DNA of 63,106 nucleotides, filler included, from Bonamia ostreae (Eukaryota): NCBI GenBank assembly GCA_040357525.1. It is 45 parts of 45 records of this genome, joined end to end, with 100 filler letters (N's around TTAATTAATTAA, not from the genome) between each part and the next. Parts side by side here need not be neighbours in the genome. Positions count along the whole stretch, not along the records: positions 38,064 to 39,366 come from JBDODL010002092.1; positions 39,467 to 40,767 come from JBDODL010002093.1; positions 40,868 to 42,168 come from JBDODL010002094.1; positions 42,269 to 43,567 come from JBDODL010002095.1; positions 43,668 to 44,966 come from JBDODL010002096.1; positions 45,067 to 46,365 come from JBDODL010002097.1; positions 46,466 to 47,764 come from JBDODL010002098.1; positions 47,865 to 49,160 come from JBDODL010002099.1; 37 more parts are not named here. One strand, 5' to 3'. Shown piece by piece: positions 38,166 to 52,116 of this stretch (position 1 is its first letter; each line of letters starts with the position of its first letter). The notes under the pieces were generated by a model. It saw only the letters and a program-made list of their open reading frames with translations, ran no database searches and was not told where the DNA came from. The position numbers and the translations under genes were made by a program.

Positions 38166-40879
38166 AAGTCTATTGAGAATATGGCAAACACAAAATGAGT
38201 AATAAAGTATCACACTTTATCTGGTATTATTCGATATTGTAAACATCAATGCATGAGCTATTCTTACAAAATTTTAGTGTTTCATTTGTAAGGATTTTAC
38301 GTTTATCTGAACTACCATTATGTATTGTTATTTTTTCGACTAGTATTTTTGCAAAGAAAATTATTTTGGCTTCAAAATCTGCTATTTGTTTATTTTCTTG
38401 ATTTGGCCGACTTTCGACATAAGCAAAAATCCTTTGCGGATGGGTGACACGAATGGTAAAAAATAGTTTGATCTCTCTTCAATATGTAATGTCTAAGCAT
38501 TGAGCGATGTTTTAAAAACATTTATGTAGATAAATGGTGGTGGTTGTATCTGTGTATTTTTAGATTTAATCAGCACGTACATGTATATTTAAATATCCTG
38601 CAGCTATTGCTCGTGCGCAGTTCCCAGACGTTGTTTGGGGGTATTTTCCAAGCGCATGCATATTTTGTAATTCTTTGGATTTGTAGCATTGGCTGCAGTG
38701 ATTCTCTTAAAGTGGTTTCTGTTTGCAGTTTGAATTATAGGATTTTTCATTTCTCCAAACTGCACAGCTTGCTAATAGTGATCCGAAGAACGCTTTTGAC
38801 AGGTAATGTATTCGCCTAGAGACCTATTTATCCCTGGATATGAATAGCATTAACTCATATTTTAACCGCTTTCAGCTTGTGTAACGAATAATAATCTATA
38901 CACTGTATAATGTAAATAGTATTTGGGTAATGATGAGGGTGTTGACTCTTTTTCATGTAAAACTAGAAGTATGGTGGATTGTGTTATCAGGAACAAAAAG
39001 GTTTAATACAGTATTTGAATTCAGCTTGATATTTTAGAGTTTTGTGCTTTATTCTCAGATGGTCATAATCCCATTTCTTTTTGTATCGCTATAGTTACCA
39101 CTTGTAAGAAAGAATGTCAAAATATATTAATACAGGTAAAAATCAACCAAGTGTAAAACTATGTTGCTTGGACAAAGCACGCGGTTTACATAACAATATC
39201 TACGTTCAGACAGTGAAAAATGAATACATTATGCATTAGGGGTAGTATCTGTAAAGCATATATTACCAAGGTAGCAAGTGATACATGTAATGTATAGATG
39301 AACTCAGCCAGAGGAATATATGGAGTTACAAAAATGTACAAACATCGAAAATAAACAATGGAGAATNNNNNNNNNNNNNNNNNNNNNNNNNNNNNNNNNN
39401 NNNNNNNNNNTTAATTAATTAANNNNNNNNNNNNNNNNNNNNNNNNNNNNNNNNNNNNNNNNNNNNATTCAATGATATTAATCTGGCAAAAACAAATACC
39501 TTAATTCAATGACAGCACAAATGACAGTCTCAAAGGGGTTGCATCCTATCCCCCATTTTAGTTTACTGTTATTTTAAGGGATATTTTGGGGGAACATTTT
39601 GCGGTGTCCAACAATCCCCCACCTTTCTTCGTCGTAAAAGATACAAACTTAAAGGAAATCGAAACGATTGCATTCTACTTTCTCAGACACCAGACACCGG
39701 CTTATTGAAACTATGTTTGATGCTAACCGAATGACCCGAAATACCACATTTGTGGCAACTTTTACAGGGGCCTGAGATTCTCGTCCATATTAACATTTTT
39801 TATTATTGTAATAAAAGAATACAGTTATACCATGATAATTTGTTTGGTATTGATTTCATTTTGTTTCGTTCGGTTCGTTTTATTTCGTGTGTTTCGGTAG
39901 GTTTCGTTTCAATTTCTATTCCCATTTAACAAGTACCCTTACAGTTGCACTGTCCCCGTTCTGCAGTTCTAAACTTATATTTTTTACTGTAGTTACCGTC
40001 TGTCGTTTTGTGTATTTTGATATTTTTTAACATCTGAGACTGTGTTGTAGAAATACCAAGTAATATGCGAACGTTCGGCGAAAATACATCTGTACATAAC
40101 TTGGATTCTACTAGTTTAGACAGTGGTTGTATTCTCTCTCTCTCTCTCTGTATNNNNNNNNNNACAAATAAATCTACATGCATATGTACCTATATTATCG
40201 ACTTCTTAATCATTTTATGATCGAAAACACCCCAACATTTTAACATTATACATATATCCTTAGTCATACACAATACAGGAAATATGCTTTGAGAATATTA
40301 TCCCCGATTGGCGCTGGCTAAAGTATATCGTAGTCTGTATGATGAAACGACAACGTGTTCAAACGGAGTTATACATGTATTGGGATATCATTAAATACAT
40401 GTACATGTACAGGGAAATAAGAGACTGTTTTAGATTAATATGCCTGACCCCTTTGGTTGCAGTAGTCCTGGATAAACGTGATGGCATACATTCCAATGTG
40501 TTCTTAATTCTTATACATATATCTGTATTAACATGTGTATGAATTCATGTTTTTCACGCACACATTCACGCACGCACATAAACACACCTTATGCAAACAC
40601 GGATCCCTGTAAACACCAGAAGTAGGATCGATTGCATACATGTTAATAGGAGGGGATACCTCCTGCTGACTGTTCACAACCACTGTAACGCTTCATTTGA
40701 ATATTATTTATCCACCATGAACATTTAGTACATGTTTCACACTTTGAACAAAATATGTTTGCGTGTANNNNNNNNNNNNNNNNNNNNNNNNNNNNNNNNN
40801 NNNNNNNNNNNTTAATTAATTAANNNNNNNNNNNNNNNNNNNNNNNNNNNNNNNNNNNNNNNNNNNNAAGTAAATTTAA

Positions 40880-41470
40880 CTAACAGGGAGCTTCCTTCAG
40901 GCAAGAGAAACTAAACTATAGATTATTTTGCCAGCTTGATGTGATACATATAAAATTATCTTCTTCATGCATGAAAATCCAGGGGGGAAATTATGTGAAT
41001 AATCATAATAAGCAAGGATGATACTACCAAAATTGTGAAATCCAAGTCCTCTGGGTTAGGGAATATCTGGCTAAGGTGCAGCCTTAATGAAATTGTTTTT
41101 CGTTTCTGGGCATCAAACAATCAAACATGATTGAGTGATATTTTTATCAAATTGTAAAACGTATGGCTCCCAGGTAGGGTTCCTGGTACCGTGACGAGGC
41201 CCCATGGTCCATGTCGTATACTTCATTTTTCTTTTTATAGTAATATTTTGACTCCTGTGTATCAAACATTTTCGTTGAACTGACGTCATAAAAATAATGA
41301 CGAGGAAAGTAGCAACACATGGTATCATGCTCTGATAGGTGATTACGCTGCTAAGATGAGACTCTTAGAGTGTTCTAGATTATCGAAAACCCAAATAATT
41401 GAAGAGAAGCTTCTGCGATACTTGAGCCCTGGATCAGGGATTTTGATTAGGGCGTAACTTTGTTTCATAT
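40880..41470. repeat. Degenerate Cg170/Helentron-core-like satellite monomers (host)
   Basis: Repeated motif accaaaattgtgaaat...ctctgggttaggg / tcaaattgtaaaac...cccaggtagggttc, spaced roughly 120-170 bp. Confidence 0.45.
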
Positions 41471-44400
41471 AACAAATATGATATACTTTCTTAAAAGTCC
41501 TCCTTTTAAACAAATCAGAATATCTAGTGCAAATGTTGATTTATATTCAGGAGGGTTTCGAGGCATGTAATAAAATGTTTGGACCCTCTCTATTTACTTC
41601 AGTCTCCAATTAACGAAAGCGAAAGATTTTAAAGATTGTTTTCCTTTTCATCAAACCTAGGCGCTTAACACTTTGTTCTTTCGCGCCAACCATTAGAAGT
41701 GAATGTTATAAATTTTGATAATGGATCCCAGTGCTTACGGTTTAGAACTTTGGTCATAGTCCAACATTATTTGTTTCCCCTAAAAGGATGACATTTCTGT
41801 GGGTTCCAAATTGTTAAATGAACTTATAAAAGCAATCAAAAGTATTGTAATTCCATCATGTAACTATTAAGGTAAGAAATCTCTCATTTACATCCAAATA
41901 TCCATCATTGTATTCTAGCAAATATAGGGTCTCGCGAAATAAAAATGATCTACAGTACGTATTCCTTCAAATTATTCCAAACTACCGAGAGATACTCTCT
42001 TGTTCACGCACTATGAAGTAAAGTGGGGAAAAAAACTATGAAATAAATAATGAATCTCTATATTTGAATTTAGAAAGAACATCTAATTCGCTGATACTTA
42101 TTGTTTTAACAGCATTACTTTTCTATGAAATATCTACTATTATGTACACTGTATAGAATGGGAATGTCNNNNNNNNNNNNNNNNNNNNNNNNNNNNNNNN
42201 NNNNNNNNNNNNTTAATTAATTAANNNNNNNNNNNNNNNNNNNNNNNNNNNNNNNNNNNNNNNNNNNNGACTAATAACAAATAACTTTAAAATAAATGTA
42301 AAAAAACAGAAAATTTTAAAATTGTTAAAAAAAAACCAATAAAAGCGGTTTTTTCGTCACGTTTCAGATTGACCTGTTCTTTGTTTTCCAAATCAAATGA
42401 GACCGTTTTAGAAGCATCATAATAATAAACTAAGTTGCGATTACTGTTTTCCATTTTCGTTTGATCTACTTTTAACTATGTAAGAATAAACAGATATTCT
42501 TGTTTTCTTAACGAGTCCCGTTAAATTGTCAAGTTTGTTTACTTTGACCAAATAATTTTTAAAATTCTATTTGCGCGTACAAACCAGCTTGTTCTGGTTC
42601 TATTTTCTACTCGCTAGTTATTTAAATTCCGCATAGACGGACCCTCCATCATTACGATTGGATAATAAAGTGCAACTACTGGATTTTTTACAAATAGATT
42701 TTTTTAGCGGTAAAAATTTTTAAAAGTTTATTGTCTCCAAACGAGTGGGTTTTTAAATTGTTCATTTCCGGGGCCATTATACAAAAATTTCAAAAATGGA
42801 TATTTTCTGAGCCACTAATCAAGTACAGACATTTACATTTGCTCGAATTTTGAAAAAATGGATATTTAATAATAGAATGGATAATAATGAATTTTGAAAA
42901 AACAATAATAGAAAGGATATTTACATTTCAAAACTAAATGTCCAATTAATGCGAAAATTCCAAAAAATGCTGAACTGCTCGCAAATCCATAAAAAATCAC
43001 CTTTTTGCCATTGTTAAAAATCAGAATTTCGCTAAAGAGATCGAAAATGACGCCTCTGAAGAAAAACACTTTCATAAATTAAAATTAACATATTGTGTGA
43101 AAAGCGTCGATCATTCTGGTTTGTCTTTAGTAAATATTTTTACAATACAATTAGAACGGTTTAGCAAAAATGGATTCGATAACTTATTTTTACGACGATA
43201 AGAATAATAAACAACACGAAGGAGATGAATCTTTTGTCGTCGAAATTGAAGAAAAAGAAAAGGTCGATTTAGAAATATCAGATTTGGCCAAGAGCACAAG
43301 TTTTCTGCTATAAAATTAAAGAGTTGGCATATTCGGGAGTGCCAAAAATATCGTTCATGTTGGAGCAAGTCGGATATAAAAAATCTAAAGTAAAATGGAT
43401 GTTTGTTTGTAGTATCCTTACGGCGATCATTGCAGATCTAATATCAATCGCACTCGACCAATAAAATTTTTTATATTTTTGGGCAATATGAGCAAAAGTA
43501 TTCAATTTTTTAATCTCATTAAATGTTAATTTTACAATTATAATCTGCGAAAATATGGTCGTTTTTANNNNNNNNNNNNNNNNNNNNNNNNNNNNNNNNN
43601 NNNNNNNNNNNTTAATTAATTAANNNNNNNNNNNNNNNNNNNNNNNNNNNNNNNNNNNNNNNNNNNNAGCTGCCGACTGATCGAAATAGTCTAGTGGTTT
43701 TATGGTGCTCGTTTCGGAACATGACGGTTCGGTGGCATCTTTATATAAGTGAAAAAATAGGACACAAAACAACATACCAACGAGTTACGTGTAATTCGAA
43801 GAATGTATGCCCCTGCTTAAGGACAAAATGATATATATTGTTACTGTAACAGCTAAATGACTTATGTTTTTGTAATAGATTTTATCACAAATACGGTATG
43901 CATTTTTCAATACCTCGAAATATGGTACAAAACTGAATGTAATCTAAAGTAATATTGCAATGTACTTATAATGTACTTATAATCTATACAGCTATACAGA
44001 GACCCATCTTTTCATTACAACCTAACCTAAAATGTTTATAAATACGAAATGGTGAATTAAGTCACGAATTGAATTGTGGTTTAGTGTCAGTTGACACAAT
44101 TTATATGAAATATTGCAAATGAAAATAATCCCAATGCTTATTTGTAGATTTTCATTAACAACTTCATCAGTTTGATTACAATAATGTCAATTGAAATGTG
44201 TACACTTTATCACTATTCTTTTAAAAACATAAATCCTTCCTTTTATAAGTAAGCACTTAGTCACCGGTTGTAAGGAAGGGGGTTACTTTTACAGAATAAA
44301 ACTATTCCATACGAATTGTGACTGAATGTCATTGCACAAGCTTGAAGTATATGGAAACTATCTTATGTAATAAGCGAATTCCTGACCTCAAATTCAATAG

Positions 44401-47400
44401 GAGTCATTTTCAAGTCAGGGGAAATTATTGTAAATGCTAATGTTAAACGGTTATTCAACATTTTCCTTGACATTACATATAAGTCTCAATAAATGTACTC
44501 AGGTAAGTTTGATCCTACATGCATAGTATGACATTGGCATGGTCGCTAATAGATATTGTGAGAAGACATTCGATCATGTGTAAAAAACGACTGTACACTA
44601 TTGCAAAGTAAGAATTGCTTTCTTGTATTTTGTGTGAAACCAGAAAAGGAAACATGTATTTCTATAAGCAATGCTGGGGGAAAATATGATTTATTTTTTG
44701 TGTTGTTTGCAATTGATTGCTGTTGCCAAAACACTCTCCAAGTTCACAATGTTTAGCCACATATCAGTGGTGCTATCAATTTTTGTGACATTCCCTATCA
44801 TTTTTTTCAAGTGAATTTTATCTAAAACATTTTTATCTCCATGATTAATCTATATATTTCACTAGATGAAACCCCGTGCAAGCGCTGGTAATCACAATTA
44901 CTATCACAATAATAATGTTTATAAAGGAAGGGCTTTTTATTCCGTGTTTGAATTGTTGCGCACATGNNNNNNNNNNNNNNNNNNNNNNNNNNNNNNNNNN
45001 NNNNNNNNNNTTAATTAATTAANNNNNNNNNNNNNNNNNNNNNNNNNNNNNNNNNNNNNNNNNNNNTGAAATTTTAAAACAATATGAGAGTAAAACCTAA
45101 TTGTTTGAAAGAAAAAAATTGAAGAGGGGGTATTAGTAGTTGTGATGAGTAATAAATGTTGATATGAAGATGTATATGGCAATATCTTCGTCAGGTCAGA
45201 TCTTCCAACAGCCAGTTGGAATTCCCATGGACACGAATTGTTTTACTTTGCAGCTTGTATGAATGTGGTGTTTATGACGTCAACATTTTTTGTTTTGTTT
45301 TATGGCGTACATTGTTTTAAAATTATTATTAGATAAATCATTTTATCCATTGATATTTTCTCAAACTGAAGGTTATCATCGGGTAACTGGAACCTGGTTT
45401 TTTTATCATTCTAATTCAAAGACCATTATTACCTGCATTTCAGAAATCTCTTGCAATGCATACATATTAAAACGCAGATATATATCCATGCCAAATATTG
45501 AAACCGTCAACACAATTCAATGATAACATATTAGACGTCTACGATAAAGAACCGTCAATGTTAGGGTGTCAAGACTGAATACATGACGTTTCTCTTCCAG
45601 CATGTGATACATAGTATGGTAACATACTTTTGTTGTTGTAATCTGACGTACTGCAATACTTCCATAGGGTATTCCAAAACTATTCTGAATGTAATTAATA
45701 AGTTGTCGATTTTGAACAACAAGTTTTACAGTTTCTCCTTACAATGGCTTTAACTGCTTATTAGTCAGTATTAGTATAATACTTGATGTCAGTACATGTC
45801 GAGCCTCAGGAAATATGATAAATACATGATATATGCCACATGGTAATGAAGCGAATGAGCTTTCATATTTAACTATATATAAGCATGTCATCTGTGTGTG
45901 TATCATATTCAAGATTAGATATTAGAAGGTCAATAGATAAATCACAAAAATTATGACTCATTCTCTACTTCGTTAGGAAACGAAAGGAAATCCCAGTAGG
46001 CGTACTTTGGATTTGAAGTAAGGAAAACATTTGTAAGTATACTGACAATCATATTAAAGCAAAAAAGTATGTATATTATAGCCAAACATTGTGACATATC
46101 TGTGAAGTTTTAACCACTAGGTAATATGTGTTGATATCCTTTTTTCTATTTCATATAAAATCACGACCGTTGTTAGAATTAATATTGAAATACCACTAAT
46201 TGGAACTTTTGGTATTACATTTTCATAAACATACCAACAAATGTAAAAAACGAATTGTGCATATAATAAAGTGTTCAAGCATACAAAAATAAATTATGTT
46301 TAAAGATGTACACGCAAGCATGCACAAGTAATTATGCATGTATGTAAGCATGTATGTATTTATATNNNNNNNNNNNNNNNNNNNNNNNNNNNNNNNNNNN
46401 NNNNNNNNNTTAATTAATTAANNNNNNNNNNNNNNNNNNNNNNNNNNNNNNNNNNNNNNNNNNNNTGAGTGTGGCGAAAAAAACCCCATAAAACAACCAA
46501 TCAGTGGGGTTTTTTTGGTGCATGAATATAATCATCGCTTCAAAAGTGTGACACCCTCATATGGTTACTTGCCTATACAATGCAGTGGGGGGTTGAAAGC
46601 CTCCCCTTTCTTCGTCAAAAATAGAAATAGTGCGAATAAATGTCTAAATTGCCACCCGAAATTGCTGATCAGTTCAACTTATACTCTACTTTCAAATCCA
46701 CAATCTCTTAGACATTATCGATTTGCCACTGCAATTTTTGCATTTAGCCACTATAATCACGTCATATGTACAACATTTTCAGCAGGGAAATTCCTGGTTG
46801 ATATTGTTTACACTTGTAAGAAAATTACCGTCAACAAAATATAGATTTTGCCGCACGAACGGTGTAATTCAGAAAAGTAAGAAAAGGCTATGTATCTATT
46901 TTGTACGGTGTCAAACTTATCCTTTTCCCAACCCTGCACAAAGGTTTAGTAGAGGAATCGATAGCGTCATTTTCTACAAAAACACAAACAGCAAAACCTT
47001 AAGTGTGATTACAAAATTCTGTGAAACATGAACACACAAAAAGGTATCCTTGATCTAGCCATTTTACCATATGAAATTTTTAAAATCTACACTGTGTGTA
47101 CTGACTCTTTTGAAATGCAGATTATGTGTGGTTACGTATCAAATCTTAAGTAGGCCTAAATATATAGACAATGTACATGTACTTGCTGTCCTATCCGTAT
47201 CTGAGTAATGTGTGTATTTACAATGGTGTTCGTGTGACACTAAATTGATAATAAATTATCATATATCAAATAATTCAAAGTATGGACTCAGGGTTCTGGT
47301 TCATGAATATTGATTTATGAGGCAATTGGAAGGATGCACATATAATGATATATTCCTATGAAGCTAGACTATCTTTACAAATATCATTAATGCAAACAGA

Positions 47401-48070
47401 TGGTTTATTCACTTCAATATGAATTTTAAATCAATTTGAAGAACTCACATTAAAAAGTACCCCAAGTTACTCCTAGTGTGTACAACATATCAATATCATA
47501 ATTCGCAGCGTTTAACGTTTCAAACGGCTATATTACACAGCTTACCTTTCGCATCAATTTCGTCTTGTTGCCACTGGAAGCTTTACGAACCCAAATTCGG
47601 AGTGTATCATAGAAGTAAAGTGATGATGGACATAAGTACATTATTTCTTGATGTATTTGAATTATTTGTCCCTTCTTGACATGCTTATTTGGAACACGAA
47701 TATATGATAGTCATTTCAAGATACGAATTTTATCAACGGCAAACTAACAACTCAAGTTCATGACNNNNNNNNNNNNNNNNNNNNNNNNNNNNNNNNNNNN
47801 NNNNNNNNTTAATTAATTAANNNNNNNNNNNNNNNNNNNNNNNNNNNNNNNNNNNNNNNNNNNNTCTTTTATATTTTTCGATTACGACAAATTAAAAGAG
47901 ACAGCAAAACAGATGAAAGAAGCTAAAGAGCCATCGAGACGCTGCGGGGAATTTCAAATATGCACAAAAACATAAACGTCATTTACTTAAGCCTCGGTCA
48001 ATACTTTTTAAAAATAATTAAAATCGCAATCAAAAAATTTTTGGTTCAGAAACGCTACTCTTCATTAAAT

Positions 48071-48317
48071 TCAGAGTTGGATATACTGTTCATCACGACC
48101 ATTAAATTTTAAAAGATCGTAAAAATAATCGTCAAAACTTTTCTGAAGCCCAGATCTAACGCCCTCTCTCTGAAACATTGTCTGCACATCATTATTTTGT
48201 ACTTTCTGACGATGCCTCTCTTGTTGCTGCAAACTCGACTAAAAGATTATTCGAAAACCACTCGCGAGCTCCTTTGCAATTTGTACGGATATGCGAGTTA
48301 ATGGTGGATTTCGACAT
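48071..48317 (-). CDS. RPS29: 40S ribosomal protein S29 (uS14); missed by ORF track (protist)
   Basis: [53 protein letters not shown] after removing the 20-nt intron 48239-48258. The last exon (YIQL*, intron 48086-48138) is tentative. Confidence 0.95.
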
Positions 48318-48435
48318 GTAAAACCTAATGGCTCTTAAATTTTAGCTTTTGTGTTAATGGCTAACAATATAAATCGTTTTTTAACTTAGGATTTTTTTAT
48401 CGGACTGTTTTATAATATTCGTTCTATAGATTTTA

Positions 48436-49160
48436 ATGGCGTCTTTGTTTCAAAACGATTCGAACGCTGTCGAAGTTTCCAGTTCCGCAAATCCAGCAAA
48501 TCCGCAGAGCACAACACAGTTCGGGCGATTGAACAGTTTGCGCGTTGAAGACATTTTCGAGTTGTGGAAAAACGAAATCGATCAAAACGAAAAATGTTTC
48601 AAAAGGCAAATTGCTTCCGCGAAAAAAACCGATTTGTCTTTAATCCGCGACAGCAACCAGATAAAACAACTGGGCAAAGAAATAAATGCTGCGAAAAACA
48701 GCTGGAGCCAAAACGGAAAATTTACAGATAGTATTCAAGTATAATTTTAATAATTTTTTGTGTGCCAATTTTGCTCTTTAAAACAAAAAATGTCGAAAAT
48801 AATAAAATTCGAATTTAAGAAAAACAAACAACATCTGTCTAAAAGTTTGGCTGATATCGAAAAAACGATTTTACAGCAAACAAGATTTGCCGAACCAGAC
48901 GAAAAATCTGGATTTAAAGAAGAAATGTTTAGTAATATTTTTCCGACATTTGATAATAACAAAATTTTATAAAAATGACAGATTTGAAGGCGTTGAAAGA
49001 TTGGAAAAAGAACTAATCGAATTTTCGCTTAAAATAAAAGAATATTTGGACAAATCAGACGATTTCAAAATAGAGCGCAGATTGACTTCTCAAACAGTTT
49101 TCTCGAAAATTTAAGGTCGCGGAGATGATGAAAAAGCAGTCAAACAGAATAAATTCGTTG
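48436..49160 (+). CDS. Nup62/Nsp1-like coiled-coil nucleoporin, 3'-partial (protist)
   Basis: LNSLRVEDIFELWKNEIDQNEKCFKRQIASAKKTDLSLIRDSNQIKQL fits the Nsp1_C pattern (L....eeI...W..eL....k.F..q......D..Li.n...I..L). Three introns, including 49097-49115 (19 nt). Confidence 0.7.
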
Positions 49161-49260
49161 NNNNNNNNNNNNNNNNNNNNNNNNNNNNNNNNNNNNNNNN
49201 NNNNTTAATTAATTAANNNNNNNNNNNNNNNNNNNNNNNNNNNNNNNNNNNNNNNNNNNN

Positions 49261-49432
49261 TCAACATCAAAAAACTGCGAAAAAATAGTAATTTTGTTCA
49301 ACATCAAAAAACTGCGAAAAAATAGTAATTTTGTTCAACATCAAAAATTTGCGAAAAAATAGTAATTTTGTTCAACATCAAAAAACTGCGAAAAAATAGT
49401 AATTTTGTTCAACATCAAAAAACTGCAAAAAA
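49261..49432 (+). repeat. 37-bp tandem repeat at contig start (intronic, protist)
   Basis: tcaacatcaaaaaactgcgaaaaaatagtaattttgt x~4.6. Confidence 0.92.
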
Positions 49433-49449
49433 ATTACTAAATAAAAAAG

Positions 49450-50517
49450 ATGAGACAAAGTGTTTTCGAACAAATGTTAAGCGAAACCGATGTGTTCGAT
49501 AAAGAAGTAAAGCCATTTCTCGAAATGTTATTGGTAATGGAAAAAACTTTGCAAACAAAATCGCTCCTCGTTTTTCCATATCTTTCTGTTCTCATCCAAG
49601 AACTCGACGTTAAAGTTTTTATAATTTAGCGCCTTATTGATTCTTGTAAAAATTTGCATCTTCTAAATTTTACATTTAAATTAAAGCTTGAAGAAAAGCT
49701 CTTTATAGAACTTATAAAACTTTACGAAGAAATTTCTGAGTTGATATTTAAAGATCAAAAAGAAAAAGAAAATGTGGATTATCCAATCGAAGATATTCTT
49801 AAACTCCCAAAAGATGTTCCCATTTTAATTTTGCCATTTCAAAATCTCTTAAAAGATAAAATTAAACCAATAAAATTAAACCAATAAAATTCAAATTAAT
49901 CAAATTAAAAATTTCAATAAAAATAATTGTCAACAAAATATCCAAATAATCAAAAATTATGTTAAAACATTCACTTTATTCTCCCAAACAAAATTTCGGT
50001 ACTTATCGAACAAAAATCGAAAAAGCAACCGATCTTCATTGCGACGAGACTAGTGCACTTTAACCCGTTGGCGTTCAACATCTCCGTCCAATTGGCGTCG
50101 CCTTCGAAACTGACCGAATCGATGAACGACGGCGTCATGAAGAGTGTCGCCGGAATCGTCATCGCCGGTGTCAACAACATCGAATGCGTTCCTCTCCGCT
50201 TCAAAGCTCTGATTATGCGCAACGCTCGCGGGACAATGCTGACGCTCGTGAGACCGATCGCTCTCGAGTACAAACAGCAGTTGTTGTACCAGACGTACAA
50301 GATCGTGGGAGCGCTGGGGGTGTTGGGCAACCCTCTGCAATTGGTGAACAACCTTGGCGAGGGCGTTTACAGTTTGTTCTATTTTCCGGCGAGCGGCTTC
50401 ATCAAGTCGCCGAAGGAGTTTTCGGCGGGAATATCGAGGGGAGCGTATAGCTTCATTCAAAACAGCGTGAAAGGAATATTCTCTTCCGCTCATTTGATCT
50501 CGAGTCAATTTGCGAAA
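49450..50517 (+). CDS. VPS13: VPS13 family lipid-transfer protein, C-terminal exons (protist)
   Basis: FPYLSVLIQELDVK|LEEKLF, LVHFNPLAFNIS, YKQQLLYQTYKIVGALGVLGNPLQLVNNLGEGVYSLFYFPASG. Confidence 0.88.
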
Positions 50518-50692
50518 GTTATTATTTGGCATATTTTTGCAGTTTAAAAAATTGCANNNNNNNNNNNNNNNNNNNNNNNNNNNNNNNNNNNNNNNNNNNN
50601 TTAATTAATTAANNNNNNNNNNNNNNNNNNNNNNNNNNNNNNNNNNNNNNNNNNNNAAATATTCCAAAGATATCGCCATTTAATTTCAACAG

Positions 50693-50931
50693 ATTTGTTC
50701 ACAAGAGGAATAGACATATCCGCAGTCAACGTTGTCGTAAATTATGATTTTCCGACATCCGCCGACATCTATTTACATCGAATCGGCCGTTCTGGCCGCT
50801 TCGGCCAAGTCGGACTGTCGATCGAACTAGTAACCGACGAAGATAAAGCCAATTTTTATAACATTGAAAAAGTCTTAGACATTGACGTACAACAGCTTCC
50901 AGAAAAAATAGACTTAAAACTATACAATTAA
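50693..50931 (+). CDS. DDX6: DEAD-box helicase DDX6/Dhh1, last exon (protist)
   Basis: [38 protein letters not shown]...[10 protein letters not shown]. Confidence 0.88.
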
Positions 50932-51344
50932 ATTTATGTCTAAATTTTTCCTATTTTTTAAAGTTCCGATTTCGTTGTCTAAATCTGGTTCATTTTTCAA
51001 ACCATTTTCAATTAAAAAAAATCGCATTTTCAACCATTTTCAACCATTATCGAAATTAAAAAGAACTATCGAAAACAAAAAGAAAGAATTTGAAAAAAAA
51101 ACATACAATTACAAATAATTACAAAAAGAAATAATCGCGACTTCACATATATTACAAAACAAACAAAGCTTACATTAATATGAAGTTTTCTGTATAATAA
51201 AATCGTCTGAGCTTAAAATATGTTGTAAACAACTAAAAAACAAGTTTAGTTACACAATAAACCATTTAACAAAAAAGAAAATTGATTCTAACATTTTCTG
51301 TATAATCAATATATATCACCAAGCTTTGAAAGTCCTATATAAAA

Positions 51345-51951
51345 ATGCCTTCGGAATACGATTATTTGGTAAATGCCATCAAACCATTTTTATTTTAAAG
51401 TACAAAATTGTTCTGATCGGCGATTCCGGCGTCGGGAAAACAAACATAATAAGTCGCTTTCATCACAACGAGTTCAGCAAAGAATTCAAGTTTGCAAATT
51501 TTCCAACAAAAATCAATTAAAATCGCCAAAATTTGTTATTAAACAGAACTACGATCGGAGTCGAATTTTCGTCGAAGACGGTTCAATTAAACGGCAAAAA
51601 AATAAAAGCGCAAAGTTTTATGTTTTTAAGGTTAGTTTGGGATACCGCCGGACAAGAACGTTATAGAGCGATAACGGCGGCTTATTATCGAGGAGCGAAA
51701 GGCGCTTTTATCGTTTTCGACATTTCCAGCAAACAGAGTTTCGACAATGTGGCAAAGTGGCACGAAGAGTTGGTGAATGCTTCGCAAGATAAAATTGGTT
51801 TCGAAGTTGTAATTTGCAGAAATAATGTTGGTTGGAAACAAGTGCGATTTGAACAATGAGAGAGAAGTGAGCAGAGAAGAAGCGGAAAACTTTGCGAATG
51901 AGAAGAAAATGGAATTTATGGAATGCTCTGCGAAGGATAGTTTGCGAATTA
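51345..51951 (+). CDS. RAB11: Rab11 family GTPase, 5 exons, 3'-partial (protist)
   Basis: [23 protein letters not shown]...K|TTIGVEF...[24 protein letters not shown]...[11 protein letters not shown]. Introns 51369-51400 (32), 51490-51546 (57), 51615-51635 (21), 51798-51819 (22). Confidence 0.93.
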
Positions 51952-52116
51952 NNNNNNNNNNNNNNNNNNNNNNNNNNNNNNNNNNNNNNNNNNNNTTAAT
52001 TAATTAANNNNNNNNNNNNNNNNNNNNNNNNNNNNNNNNNNNNNNNNNNNNTAAAATATAACATAAAAAAAAATGAATAATCACTTTAAAATTAACAAAT
52101 TTTATCGTTAAAACAG

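Noticed and set aside
49261-49432. 37-bp and 32-bp (18177) repeats as CRISPR arrays
   Set aside because: The units are head-to-tail with no unique spacers, in a eukaryotic context with no cas genes.
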